From Auanema rhodensis (Eukaryota > Animalia > Nematoda), in contig OZ059900.1 of the NCBI GenBank assembly GCA_964057225.1, forward strand, positions 5,394,001-5,458,000: a stretch of 64,000 nt of DNA, given 5' to 3'. Below the pieces are notes generated by a model. The model did not search any database. It saw only the letters and a program-made list of their open reading frames with translations, and was not told the origin of the DNA. This document shows, one piece after another, positions 1 through 13,700 of this stretch; the stretch's first letter is position 1, and every line of letters starts with the position of its first letter. Both the position numbers and the translations under genes were made by a program.

Positions 1-880
1 TATTAGTCTAAAAACACTAACTTAATGGGTTTGATGCATGGTAACCAAGACTTCCAATTTTATGTGAACAGTTAACTATACCACCTAAGTATCTAAAGAA
101 AGTGATCTTGATTTGTAACTCGGTGCCCGTTAAAGATAGAAGAATACTGTACATTTTAATGAATTCTCCATGGTCATATTAGTCTAAAAACACTAACTTA
201 ATGGGTTTGATGCATGGTAACCAAGACTTCCAATTTTATGTGAACAGTTAACTATACCACCTAAGTATCTAAAGAAAGTGATCTTGATTTGTAACTCGGT
301 GCCCGTTAAAGATAGAAGAATACTGTACATTTTAATGAATTCTCCATGGTCATATTAGTCTAAAAACACTAACTTAATGGGTTTGATGCATGGTAACCAA
401 GACTTCCAATTTTATGTGAACAGTTAACTATACCACCTAAGTATCCGAAGAAAGTGATCTTGATTTGTAACTCGGTGCCCGTTAAAGATAGAAGAATACT
501 GTACATTTTAATGAATTTTCCATGGCCATATTAGTCTAAAAACACTAACTTAATGGGTTTGATGCATGGTAACCAAGACTTCCAATTTTATGTGAACAGT
601 TAACTATACCACCTAAGTATCTAAAGAAAGTGATCTTGATTTGTAACTCGGTGCCCGTTAAAGATAGAAGAATACTGTACATTTTAATGAATTCTCCATG
701 GTCATATTAGTCTAAAAACACTAACTTAATGGGTTTGATGCATGGTAACCAAGACTTCCAATTTTATGTGAACAGTTAACTATACCACCTAAGTATCTAA
801 AGAAAGTGATCTTGATTTGTAACTCGGTGCCCGTTAAAGATAGAAGAATACTGTACATTTTAATGAATTCTCCATGGTCA

Positions 881-3800
881 TATTAGTCTAAAAACACTAA
901 CTTAATGGGTTTGATGCATGGTAACCAAGACTTCCAATTTTATGTGAACAGTTAACTATACCACCTAAGTATCCGAAGAAAGTGATCTTGATTTGTAACT
1001 CGGTGCCCGTTAAAGATAGAAGAATACTGTACATTTTAATGAATTCTCCATGGTCATATTAGTCTAAAAACACTAACTTAATGGGTTTGATGCATGGTAA
1101 CCAAGACTTCCAATTTTATGTGAACAGTTAACTATACCACCTAAGTATCTAAAGAAAGTGATCTTGATTTGTAACTCGGTGCCCGTTAAAGGTAGAAGAA
1201 TACTGTACATTTTAATGAATTCTCCATGGTCATATTAGTCTAAAAACACTAACTTAATGGGTTTGATGCATGGTAACCAAGACTTCCAATTTTATGTGAA
1301 CAGTTAACTATACCACCTAAGTATCTAAAGAAAGTGATCTTGATTTGTAACTCGGTGCCCGTTAAAGATAGGAGAATACTGTACATTTTAATGAATTCTC
1401 CATGGTCATATTAGTCTAAAAACACTAACTTAATGGGTTTGATGCATGGTAACCAAGACTTCCAATTTTATGTGAACAGTTAACTATACCACCTAAGTAT
1501 CCGAAGAAAGTGATCTTGATTTGTAACTCGGTGCCCGTTAAAGATAGAAGAATACTGTACATTTTAATGAATTCTCCATGGTCATATTAGTCTAAAAACA
1601 CTAACTTAATGGGTTTGATGCATGGTAACCAAGACTTCCAATTTTATGTGAACAGTTAACTATACCACCTAAGTATCTAAAGAAAGTGATCTTGATTTGT
1701 AACTCGGTGCCCGTTAAAGATAGAAGAATACTGTACATTTTAATGAATTCTCCATGGTCATATTAGTCTAAAAACACTATCTTATTGTGTTTGATGCATG
1801 GTAGCCAGGACTTCCAATTTTATGTGAACAGTTAACTATACCACCTAAGTATCTAAAGAAAGTGATCTTGATTTGTAACTCGGTGCCCGTTAAAGATAGA
1901 AGAATACTGTACATTTTAATGAATTTTCCATGGCCATATTAGTCTAAAAACACTATCTTATTGTGTTTGATGCATGGTAGCCAGGACTACCAATTTTATG
2001 TGAACAGTTAACTATACCACCTAAGTATCTAAAGAAAGTGATCTTGATTTGTAACTCGGTGCCCGTTAAAGATAGAAGAATACTGTACATTTTAATGAAT
2101 TTTCCATGGCCATATTAGTCTAAAAACACTATCTTATTGTGTTTGATGCATGGTAGCCAGGACTTCCAATTTTATGTGAACAGTTAACTATACCACCTAA
2201 GTATCCGAAGAAAGTGATCTTGATTTGTAACTCGGTGCCCGTTAATGATAGAAGAATACTGTACATTTTAATGAATTCTCCATGGTCATATTAGTCTAAA
2301 AACACTAACTTAATGGGTTTGATGCATGGTAACCAAGACTTCCAATTTTATGTGAACAGTTAACTATACCACCTAAGTATCCGAAGAAAGTGATCTTGAT
2401 TTGTAACTCGGTGCCCGTTAAAGATAGAAGAATACTGTACATTTTAATGAATTCTCCATGGTCATATTAGTCTAAAAACACTAACTTAATGGGTTTGATG
2501 CATGGTAACCAAGACTTCCAATTTTATGTGAACAGTTAACTATACCACCTAAGTATCTAAAGAAAGTGATCTTGATTTGTAACTCGGTGCCCGTTAAAGG
2601 TAGAAGAATACTGTACATTTTAATGAATTCTCCATGGTCATATTAGTCTAAAAACACTAACTTAATGGGTTTGATGCATGGTAACCAAGACTTCCAATTT
2701 TATGTGAACAGTTAACTATACCACCTAAGTATCTAAAGAAAGTGATCTTGATTTGTAACTCGGTGCCCGTTAAAGATAGAAGAATACTGTACATTTTAAT
2801 GAATTCTCCATGGTCATATTAGTCTAAAAACACTAACTTAATGGGTTTGATGCATGGTAACCAAGACTTCCAATTTTATGTGAACAGTTAACTATACCAC
2901 CTAAGTATCCGAAGAAAGTGATCTTGATTTGTAACTCGGTGCCCGTTAAAGATAGAAGAATACTGTACATTTTAATGAATTCTCCATGGTCATATTAGTC
3001 TAAAAACACTAACTTAATGGGTTTGATGCATGGTAACCAAGACTTCCAATTTTATGTGAACAGTTAACTATACCACCTAAGTATCTAAAGAAAGTGATCT
3101 TGATTTGTAACTCGGTGCCCGCTAAAGATAGAAGAATACTGTACATTTTAATGAATTCTCCATGGTCATATTAGTCTAAAAACACTATCTTATTGTGTTT
3201 GATGCATGGTAGCCAGGACTTCCAATTTTATGTGAACAGTTAACTATACCACCTAAGTATCTAAAGAAAGTGATCTTGATTTGTAACTCGGTGCCCGTTA
3301 AAGATAGAAGAATACTGTACATTTTAATGAATTTTCCATGGCCATATTAGTCTGAAAACACTATCTTATTGTGTTTGATGCATGGTAGCCAGGACTTCCA
3401 ATTTTATGTGAACAGTTAACTATACCACCTAAGTATCTAAAGAAAGTGATCTTGATTTGTAACTCGGTGCCCGTTAAAGATAGAAGAATACTGTACATTT
3501 TAATGAATTTTCCATGGCCATATTAGTCTAAAAACACTATCTTATTGTGTTTGATGCATGGTAGCCAGGACTTCCAATTTTATGTGAACAGTTAACTATA
3601 CCACCTAAGTATCCGAAGAAAGTGATCTTGATTTGTAACTCGGTGCCCGTTAATGATAGAAGAATACTGTACATTTTAATGAATTCTCCATGGTCATATT
3701 AGTCTAAAAACACTAACTTAATGGGTTTGATGCATGGTAACCAAGACTTCCAATTTTATGTGAACAGTTAACTATACCACCTAAGTATCCGAAGAAAGTG

Positions 3801-5104
3801 ATCTTGATTTGTAACTCGGTGCCCGTTAAAGATAGAAGAATACTGTACATTTTAATGAATTCTCCATGGTCATATTAGTCTAAAAACACTAACTTAATGG
3901 GTTTGATGCATGGTAACCAAGACTTCCAATTTTATGTGAACAGTTAACTATACCACCTAAGTATCTAAAGAAAGTGATCTTGATTTGTAACTCGGTGCCC
4001 GTTAAAGGTAGAAGAATACTGTACATTTTAATGAATTCTCCATGGTCATATTAGTCTAAAAACACTAACTTAATGGGTTTGATGCATGGTAACCAAGACT
4101 TCCAATTTTATGTGAACAGTTAACTATACCACCTAAGTATCTAAAGAAAGTGATCTTGATTTGTAACTCGGTGCCCGTTAAAGATAGAAGAATACTGTAC
4201 ATTTTAATGAATTCTCCATGGTCATATTAGTCTAAAAACACTAACTTAATGGGTTTGATGCATGGTAACCAAGACTTCCAATTTTATGTGAACAGTTAAC
4301 TATACCACCTAAGTATCCGAAGAAAGTGATCTTGATTTGTAACTCGGTGCCCGTTAAAGATAGAAGAATACTGTACATTTTAATGAATTCTCCATGGTCA
4401 TATTAGTCTAAAAACACTAACTTAATGGGTTTGATGCATGGTAACCAAGACTTCCAATTTTATGTGAACAGTTAACTATACCACCTAAGTATCTAAAGAA
4501 AGTGATCTTGATTTGTAACTCGGTGCCCGCTAAAGATAGAAGAATACTGTACATTTTAATGAATTCTCCATGGTCATATTAGTCTAAAAACACTATCTTA
4601 TTGTGTTTGATGCATGGTAGCCAGGACTTCCAATTTTATGTGAACAGTTAACTATACCACCTAAGTATCTAAAGAAAGTGATCTTGATTTGTAACTCGGT
4701 GCCCGTTAAAGATAGAAGAATACTGTACATTTTAATGAATTTTCCATGGCCATATTAGTCTAAAAACACTATCTTATTGTGTTTGATGCATGGTAGCCAG
4801 GACTTCCAATTTTATGTGAACAGTTAACTATACCACCTAAGTATCTAAAGAAAGTGATCTTGATTTGTAACTCGGTGCCCGTTAAAGATAGAAGAATACT
4901 GTACATTTTAATGAATTTTCCATGGCCATATTAGTCTAAAAACACTATCTTATTGTGTTTGATGCATGGTAGCCAGGACTTCCAATTTTATGTGAACAGT
5001 TAACTATACCACCTAAGTATCCGAAGAAAGTGATCTTGATTTGTAACTCGGTGCCCGTTAAAGATAGAAGAATACTGTACATTTTAATGAATTTTCCATG
5101 GCCA
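881..5104. repeat. 8-monomer higher-order repeat (1408 bp, AAAAABBB) x3
   Basis: Private variants recur exactly 1408 bp apart: AAAGGTAG at 1192/2600/4008, TTAATGAT at 2246/3654, CCGCTAAA at 3122/4530. The A/B order and the CCG/CTA order repeat with the same period. Confidence 0.92.
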
Positions 5105-7744
5105 TATTAGTCTAAAAACACTATTTTATTGTGTTTGATGCATGGCAGCCAGGACTTCCAATTTTATGTGAACAGTTAACTATACCACCTAAGTATCTAA
5201 AGAAAGTGATCTTGATTTGTAACTCGGTGCCCGTTAAAGATAGAAGAATACTGTACATTTTAATGAATTCTCCATGGTCATATTAGTCTAAAAACACTAT
5301 CTTATTGTGTTTGATGCATGGTAGCCAGGACTTCCAATTTTATGTGAACAGTTAACTATACCACCTGAGTATCCGAAGAAAGTGATCTTGATTTGTAACT
5401 CGGTGCCCGTTAAAGATAGAAGAATACTGTACATTTTAATGAATTTTCCATGGCCATATTAGTCTAAAAACACTATCTTATTGTGTTTGATGCATGGTAG
5501 CCAGGACTTCCAATTTTATGTGAACAGTTAACTATACCACCTAAGTATCCGAAGAAAGTGATCTTGATTTGTAACTCGGTGCCCGTTAAAGATAGAAGAA
5601 TACTGTACATTTTAATGAATTTTCCATGGCCATATTAGTCTAAAAACACTATCTTATTGTGTTTGATGCATGGTAGCCAGGACTTCCAATTTTATGTGAA
5701 CAGTTAACTATACCACCTAAGTATCCGAAGAAAGTGATCTTGATTTGTAACTCGGTGCCCGTTAAAGATAGAAGAATACTGTACATTTTAATGAATTTTC
5801 CATGGCCATATTAGTCTAAAAACACTATCTTATTGTGTTTGATGCATGGTAGCCAGGACTTCCAATTTTATGTGAACAGTTAACTATACCACCTAAGTAT
5901 CCGAAGAAAGTGATCTTGATTTGTAACTCGGTGCCCGTTAAAGATAGAAGAATACTGTACATTTTAATGAATTTTCCATGGCCATATTAGTCTAAAAACA
6001 CTATCTTATTGTGTTTGATGCATGGTAGCCAGGACTTCCAATTTTATGTGAACAGTTAACTATACCACCTAAGTATCCGAAGAAAGTGATCTTGATTTGT
6101 AACTCGGTGCCCGTTAAAGATAGAAGAATACTGTACATTTTAATGAATTTTCCATGGCCATATTAGTCTAAAAACACTATCTTATTGTGTTTGATGCATG
6201 GTAGCCAGGACTTCCAATTTTATGTGAACAGTTAACTATACCACCTAAGTATCTAAAGAAAGTGATCTTGATTTGTAACTCGGTGCCCGTTAAAGATAGA
6301 AGAATACTGTACATTTTAATGAATTCTCCATGGTCATATTAGTCTAAAAACACTATCTTATTGTGTTTGATGCATGGTAGCCAGGACTTCCAATTTTATG
6401 TGAACAGTTAACTATACCACCTAAGTATCCGAAGAAAGTGATCTTGATTTGTAACTCGGTGCCCGTTAAAGATAGAAGAATACTGTACATTTTAATGAAT
6501 TTTCCATGGCCATATTAGTCTAAAAACACTATTTTATTGTGTTTGATGCATGGCAGCCAGGACTTCCAATTTTATGTGAACAGTTAACTATACCACCTAA
6601 GTATCTAAAGAAAGTGATCTTGATTTGTAACTCGGTGCCCGTTAAAGATAGAAGAATACTGTACATTTTAATGAATTCTCCATGGTCATATTAGTCTAAA
6701 AACACTATCTTATTGTGTTTGATGCATGGTAGCCAGGACTTCCAATTTTATGTGAACAGTTAACTATACCACCTAAGTATCTAAAGAAAGTGATCTTGAT
6801 TTGTAACTCGGTGCCCGTTAAAGATAGAAGAATACTGTACATTTTAATGAATTTTCCATGGCCATATTAGTCTAAAAACACTATCTTATTGTGTTTGATG
6901 CATGGTAGCCAGGACTTCCAATTTTATGTGAACAGTTAACTATACCACCTAAGTATCCGAAGAAAGTGATCTTGATTTGTAACTCGGTGCCCGTTAAAGA
7001 TAGAAGAATACTGTACATTTTAATGAATTTTCCATGGCCATATTAGTCTAAAAACACTATCTTATTGTGTTTGATGCATGGTAGCCAGGACTTCCAATTT
7101 TATGTGAACAGTTAACTATACCACCTAAGTATCCGAAGAAAGTGATCTTGATTTGTAACTCGGTGCCCGTTAAAGATAGAAGAATACTGTACATTTTAAT
7201 GAATTTTCCATGGCCATATTAGTCTAAAAACACTATCTTATTGTGTTTGATGCATGGTAGCCAGGACTTCCAATTTTATGTGAACAGTTAACTATACCAC
7301 CTAAGTATCCGAAGAAAGTGATCTTGATTTGTAACTCGGTGCCCGTTAAAGATAGAAGAATACTGTACATTTTAATGAATTTTCCATGGCCATATTAGTC
7401 TAAAAACACTATCTTATTGTGTTTGATGCATGGTAGCCAGGACTTCCAATTTTATGTGAACAGTTAACTATACCACCTAAGTATCTAAAGAAAGTGATCT
7501 TGATTTGTAACTCGGTGCCCGTTAAAGATAGAAGAATACTGTACATTTTAATGAATTCTCCATGGTCATATTAGTCTAAAAACACTATCTTATTGTGTTT
7601 GATGCATGGTAGCCAGGACTTCCAATTTTATGTGAACAGTTAACTATACCACCTAAGTATCTAAAGAAAGTGATCTTGATTTGTAACTCGGTGCCCGTTA
7701 AAGATAGAAGAATACTGTACATTTTAATGAATTCTCCATGGTCA
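4577..7744. repeat. Block of 18 consecutive type-B monomers
   Basis: All carry the B alleles (CACTATCTTATTGTGTTT...AGCCAGGAC). A double variant (C21T+T42C) recurs at 5125/5146 and 6533/6554, 1408 bp apart. Confidence 0.88.
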
Positions 7745-10700
7745 TATTAGTCTAAAAACACTAACTTAATGGGTTTGATGCATGGTAACCAAGACTTCCA
7801 ATTTTATGTGAAGAGTTAACTATACCACCTAAGTATCTAAAGAAAGTGATCTTGATTTGTAACTCGGTGCCCGTTAAAGATAGAAGAATACTGTACATTT
7901 TAATGAATTCTCCATGGTCATATTAGTCTAAAAACACTAACTTAATGGGTTTGATGCATGGTAACCAAGACTTCCAATTTTATGTGAACAGTTAACTATA
8001 CCACCTAAGTATCTAAAGAAAGTGATCTTGATTTGTAACTCGGTGCCCGTTAAAGATAGAAGAATACTGTACATTTTAATGAATTCTCCATGGTCATATT
8101 AGTCTAAAAACACTAACTTAATGGGTTTGATGCATGGTAACCAAGACTTCCAATTTTATGTGAACAGTTAACTATACCACCTAAGTATCTAAAGAAAGTG
8201 ATCTTGATTTGTAACTCGGTGCCCGTTAAAGATAGAAGAATACTGTACATTTTAATGAATTCTCCATGGTCATATTAGTCTAAAAACACTAACTTAATGG
8301 GTTTGATGCATGGTAACCAAGACTTCCAATTTTATGTGAACAGTTAACTATACCACCTAAGTATCCGAAGAAAGTGATCTTGATTTGTAACTCGGTGCCC
8401 GTTAAAGATAGAAGAATACTGTACATTTTAATGAATTCTCCATGGTCATATTAGTCTAAAAACACTAACTTAATGGGTTTGATGCATGGTAACCAAGACT
8501 TCCAATTTTATGTGAACAGTTAACTATACCACCTAAGTATCTAAAGAAAGTGATCTTGATTTGTAACTCGGTGCCCGTTAAAGATAGAAGAATACTGTAC
8601 ATTTTAATGAATTCTCCATGGTCAAATTAGTCTAAAAACACTAACTTAATGGGTTTGATGCATGGTAACCAAGACTTCCAATTTTATGTGAACAGTTAAC
8701 TATACCACCTAAGTATCTAAAGAAAGTGATCTTGATTTGTAACTCGGTGCCCGTTAAAGATAGAAGAATACTGTACATTTTAATGAATTCTCCATGGTCA
8801 TATTAGTCTAAAAACACTAACTTAATGGGTTTGATGCATGGTAACCAAGACTTCCAATTTTATGTGAACAGTTAACTATACCACCTAAGTATCCGAAGAA
8901 AGTGATCTTGATTTGTAACTCGGTGCCCGTTAAAGATAGAAGAATACTGTACATTTTAATGAATTCTCCATGGTCATATTAGTCTAAAAACACTAACTTA
9001 ATGGGTTTGATGCATGGTAACCAAGACTTCCAATTTTATGTGAACAGTTAACTATACCACCTAAGTATCTAAAGAAAGTGATCTTGATTTGTAACTAGGT
9101 GCCCGTTAAAGATAGAAGAATACTGTACATTTTAATGAATTCTCCATGGTCATATTAGTCTAAAAACACTAACTTAATGGGTTTGATGCATGGTAACCAA
9201 GACTTCCAATTTTATGTGAACAGTTAACTATACCACCTAAGTATCTAAAGAAAGTGATCTTGATTTGTAACTCGGTGCCCGTTAAAGATAGAAGAATACT
9301 GTACATTTTAATGAATTCTCCATGGTCATATTAGTCTAAAAACACTAACTTAATGGGTTTGATGCATGGTAACCAAGACTTCCAATTTTATGTGAACAGT
9401 TAACTATACCACCTAAGTATCTAAAGAAAGTGATCTTGATTTGTAACTCGGTGCCCGTTAAAGATAGAAGAATACTGTACATTTTAATGAATTCTCCATG
9501 GTCATATTAGTCTAAAAACACTAACTTAATGGGTTTGATGCATGGTAACCAAGACTTCCAATTTTATGTGAACAGTTAACTATACCACCTAAGTATCCGA
9601 AGAAAGTGATCTTGATTTGTAACTCGGTGCCCGTTAAAGATAGAAGAATACTGTACATTTTAATGAATTCTCCATGGTCATATTAGTCTAAAAACACTAA
9701 CTTAATGGGTTTGATGCATGGTAACCAAGACTTCCAATTTTATGTGAAGAGTTAACTATACCACCTAAGTATCTAAAGAAAGTGATCTTGATTTGTAACT
9801 CGGTGCCCGTTAAAGATAGAAGAATACTGTACATTTTAATGAATTCTCCATGGTCATATTAGTCTAAAAACACTAACTTAATGGGTTTGATGCATGGTAA
9901 CCAAGACTTCCAATTTTATGTGAACAGTTAACTATACCACCTAAGTATCTAAAGAAAGTGATCTTGATTTGTAACTCGGTGCCCGTTAAAGATAGAAGAA
10001 TACTGTACATTTTAATGAATTCTCCATGGTCATATTAGTCTAAAAACACTAACTTAATGGGTTTGATGCATGGTAACCAAGACTTCCAATTTTATGTGAA
10101 CAGTTAACTATACCACCTAAGTATCTAAAGAAAGTGATCTTGATTTGTAACTCGGTGCCCGTTAAAGATAGAAGAATACTGTACATTTTAATGAATTCTC
10201 CATGGTCATATTAGTCTAAAAACACTAACTTAATGGGTTTGATGCATGGTAACCAAGACTTCCAATTTTATGTGAACAGTTAACTATACCACCTAAGTAT
10301 CTAAAGAAAGTGATCTTGATTTGTAACTCGGTGCCCGTTAAAGATAGAAGAATACTGTACATTTTAATGAATTCTCCATGGTCATATTAGTCTAAAAACA
10401 CTAACTTAATGGGTTTGATGCATGGTAACCAAGACTTCCAATTTTATGTGAACAGTTAACTATACCACCTAAGTATCCGAAGAAAGTGATCTTGATTTGT
10501 AACTCGGTGCCCGTTAAAGATAGAAGAATACTGTACATTTTAATGAATTCTCCATGGTCATATTAGTCTAAAAACACTAACTTAATGGGTTTGATGCATG
10601 GTAACCAAGACTTCCAATTTTATGTGAACAGTTAACTATACCACCTAAGTATCTAAAGAAAGTGATCTTGATTTGTAACTCGGTGCCCGTTAAAGATAGA

Positions 10701-13700
10701 AGAATACTGTACATTTTAATGAATTCTCCATGGTCATATTAGTCTAAAAACACTAACTTAATGGGTTTGATGCATGGTAACCAAGACTTCCAATTTTATG
10801 TGAACAGTTAACTATACCACCTAAGTATCCGAAGAAAGTGATCTTGATTTGTAACTCGGTGCCCGTTAAAGATAGAAGAATACTGTACATTTTAATGAAT
10901 TCTCCATGGTCATATTAGTCTAAAAACACTAACTTAATGGGTTTGATGCATGGTAACCAAGACTTCCAATTTTATGTGAACAGTTAACTATACCACCTAA
11001 GTATCTAAAGAAAGTGATCTTGATTTGTAACTCGGTGCCCGTTAAAGATAGAAGAATACTGTACATTTTAATGAATTCTCCATGGTCATATTAGTCTAAA
11101 AACACTAACTTAATGGGTTTGATGCATGGTAACCAAGACTTCCAATTTTATGTGAACAGTTAACTATACCACCTAAGTATCTAAAGAAAGTGATCTTGAT
11201 TTGTAACTCGGTGCCCGTTAAAGATAGAAGAATACTGTACATTTTAATGAATTCTCCATGGTCATATTAGTCTAAAAACACTAACTTAATGGGTTTGATG
11301 CATGGTAACCAAGACTTCCAATTTTATGTGAACAGTTAACTATACCACCTAAGTATCTAAAGAAAGTGATCTTGATTTGTAACTCGGTGCCCGTTAAAGA
11401 TAGAAGAATACTGTACATTTTAATGAATTCTCCATGGTCATATTAGTCTAAAAACACTAACTTAATGGGTTTGATGCATGGTAACCAAGACTTCCAATTT
11501 TATGTGAAGAGTTAACTATACCACCTAAGTATCTAAAGAAAGTGATCTTGATTTGTAACTCGGTGCCCGTTAAAGATAGAAGAACACTGTACATTTTAAT
11601 GAATTCTCCATGGTCATATTAGTCTAAAAACACTAACTTAATGGGTTTGATGCATGGTAACCAAGACTTCCAATTTTATGTGAACAGTTAACTATACCAC
11701 CTAAGTATCTAAAGAAAGTGATCTTGATTTGTAACTCGGTGCCCGTTAAAGATAGAAGAATACTGTACATTTTAATGAATTCTCCATGGTCATATTAGTC
11801 TAAAAACACTAACTTAATGGGTTTGATGCATGGTAACCAAGACTTCCAATTTTATGTGAACAGTTAACTATACCACCTAAGTATCTAAAGAAAGTGATCT
11901 TGATTTGTAACTCGGTGCCCGTTAAAGATAGAAGAATACTGTACATTTTAATGAATTCTCCATGGTCATATTAGTCTAAAAACACTAACTTAATGGGTTT
12001 GATGCATGGTAACCAAGACTTCCAATTTTATGTGAACAGTTAACTATACCACCTAAGTATCTAAAGAAAGTGATCTTGATTTGTAACTCGGTGCCCGTTA
12101 AAGATAGAAGAATACTGTACATTTTAATGAATTCTCCATGGTCATATTAGTCTAAAAACACTAACTTAATGGGTTTGATGCATGGTAACCAAGACTTCCA
12201 ATTTTATGTGAACAGTTAACTATACCACCTAAGTATCTAAAGAAAGTGATCTTGATTTGTAACTCGGTGCCCGTTAAAGATAGAAGAATACTGTACATTT
12301 TAATGAATTCTCCATGGTCATATTAGTCTAAAAACACTAACTTAATGGGTTTGATGCATGGTAACCAAGACTTCCAATTTTATGTGAACAGTTAACTATA
12401 CCACCTAAGTATCTAAAGAAAGTGATCTTGATTTGTAACTCGGTGCCCGTTAAAGATAGAAGAATACTGTACATTTTAATGAATTCTCCATGGTCATATT
12501 AGTCTAAAAACACTAACTTAATGGGTTTGATGCATGGTAACCAAGACTTCCAATTTTATGTGAACAGTTAACTATACCACCTAAGTATCCGAAGAAAGTG
12601 ATCTTGATTTGTAACTCGGTGCCCGTTAAAGATAGAAGAATACTGTACATTTTAATGAATTCTCCATGGTCATATTAGTCTAAAAACACTAACTTAATGG
12701 GTTTGATGCATGGTAACCAAGACTTCCAATTTTATGTGAAGAGTTAACTATACCACCTAAGTATCTAAAGAAAGTGATCTTGATTTGTAACTCGGTGCCC
12801 GTTAAAGATAGAAGAATACTGTACATTTTAATGAATTCTCCATGGTCATATTAGTCTAAAAACACTAACTTAATGGGTTTGATGCATGGTAACCAAGACT
12901 TCCAATTTTATGTGAACAGTTAACTATACCACCTAAGTATCTAAAGAAAGTGATCTTGATTTGTAACTCGGTGCCCGTTAAAGATAGAAGAATACTGTAC
13001 ATTTTAATGAATTCTCCATGGTCATATTAGTCTAAAAACACTAACTTAATGGGTTTGATGCATGGTAACCAAGACTTCCAATTTTATGTGAACAGTTAAC
13101 TATACCACCTAAGTATCTAAAGAAAGTGATCTTGATTTGTAACTCGGTGCCCGTTAAAGATAGAAGAATACTGTACATTTTAATGAATTCTCCATGGTCA
13201 TATTAGTCTAAAAACACTAACTTAATGGGTTTGATGCATGGTAACCAAGACTTCCAATTTTATGTGAACAGTTAACTATACCACCTAAGTATCCGAAGAA
13301 AGTGATCTTGATTTGTAACTCGGTGCCCGTTAAAGATAGAAGAATACTGTACATTTTAATGAATTCTCCATGGTCATATTAGTCTAAAAACACTAACTTA
13401 ATGGGTTTGATGCATGGTAACCAAGACTTCCAATTTTATGTGAACAGTTAACTATACCACCTAAGTATCTAAAGAAAGTGATCTTGATTTGTAACTCGGT
13501 GCCCGTTAAAGATAGAAGAATACTGTACATTTTAATGAATTCTCCATGGTCATATTAGTCTAAAAACACTAACTTAATGGGTTTGATGCATGGTAACCAA
13601 GACTTCCAATTTTATGTGAACAGTTAACTATACCACCTAAGTATCTAAAGAAAGTGATCTTGATTTGTAACTCGGTGCCCGTTAAAGATAGAAGAATACT

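Noticed and set aside
36-130. tRNA/5S/SINE-derived Pol III unit (A-box-like TGGTAGCCAGG, B-box-like ACTCGGTGCCC)
   Set aside because: The matches to the A-box and the GTTCRANNC B-box are poor. No cloverleaf or 5S similarity is recognisable.
121-145. CENP-B box on the minus strand (…TTTAACGGG…)
   Set aside because: Only the CGGG part matches. The TTCG and the correctly spaced A of NTTCGNNNNANNCGGGN are absent.
34-173. Cluster of restriction-site palindromes (ATGCAT, GTTAAC, TGTACA, GAATTC, CCATGG) suggesting a synthetic construct
   Set aside because: Five 6-bp palindromes in 176 AT-rich bases is only modestly above chance. The hierarchical natural variation argues against a synthetic concatemer.
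1-176. Assignment to a known 171-178-bp satellite (Brassica CentBr, Arabidopsis CEN178, primate alpha satellite)
   Set aside because: The length is similar, but the sequence does not resemble those consensus sequences as I recall them. A database search is required.
37-218. 44-bp internal subrepeat (CATGGT recurs 44 bp apart; 176 = 4 x 44)
   Set aside because: The four 44-bp quarters show no convincing similarity beyond this hexamer.
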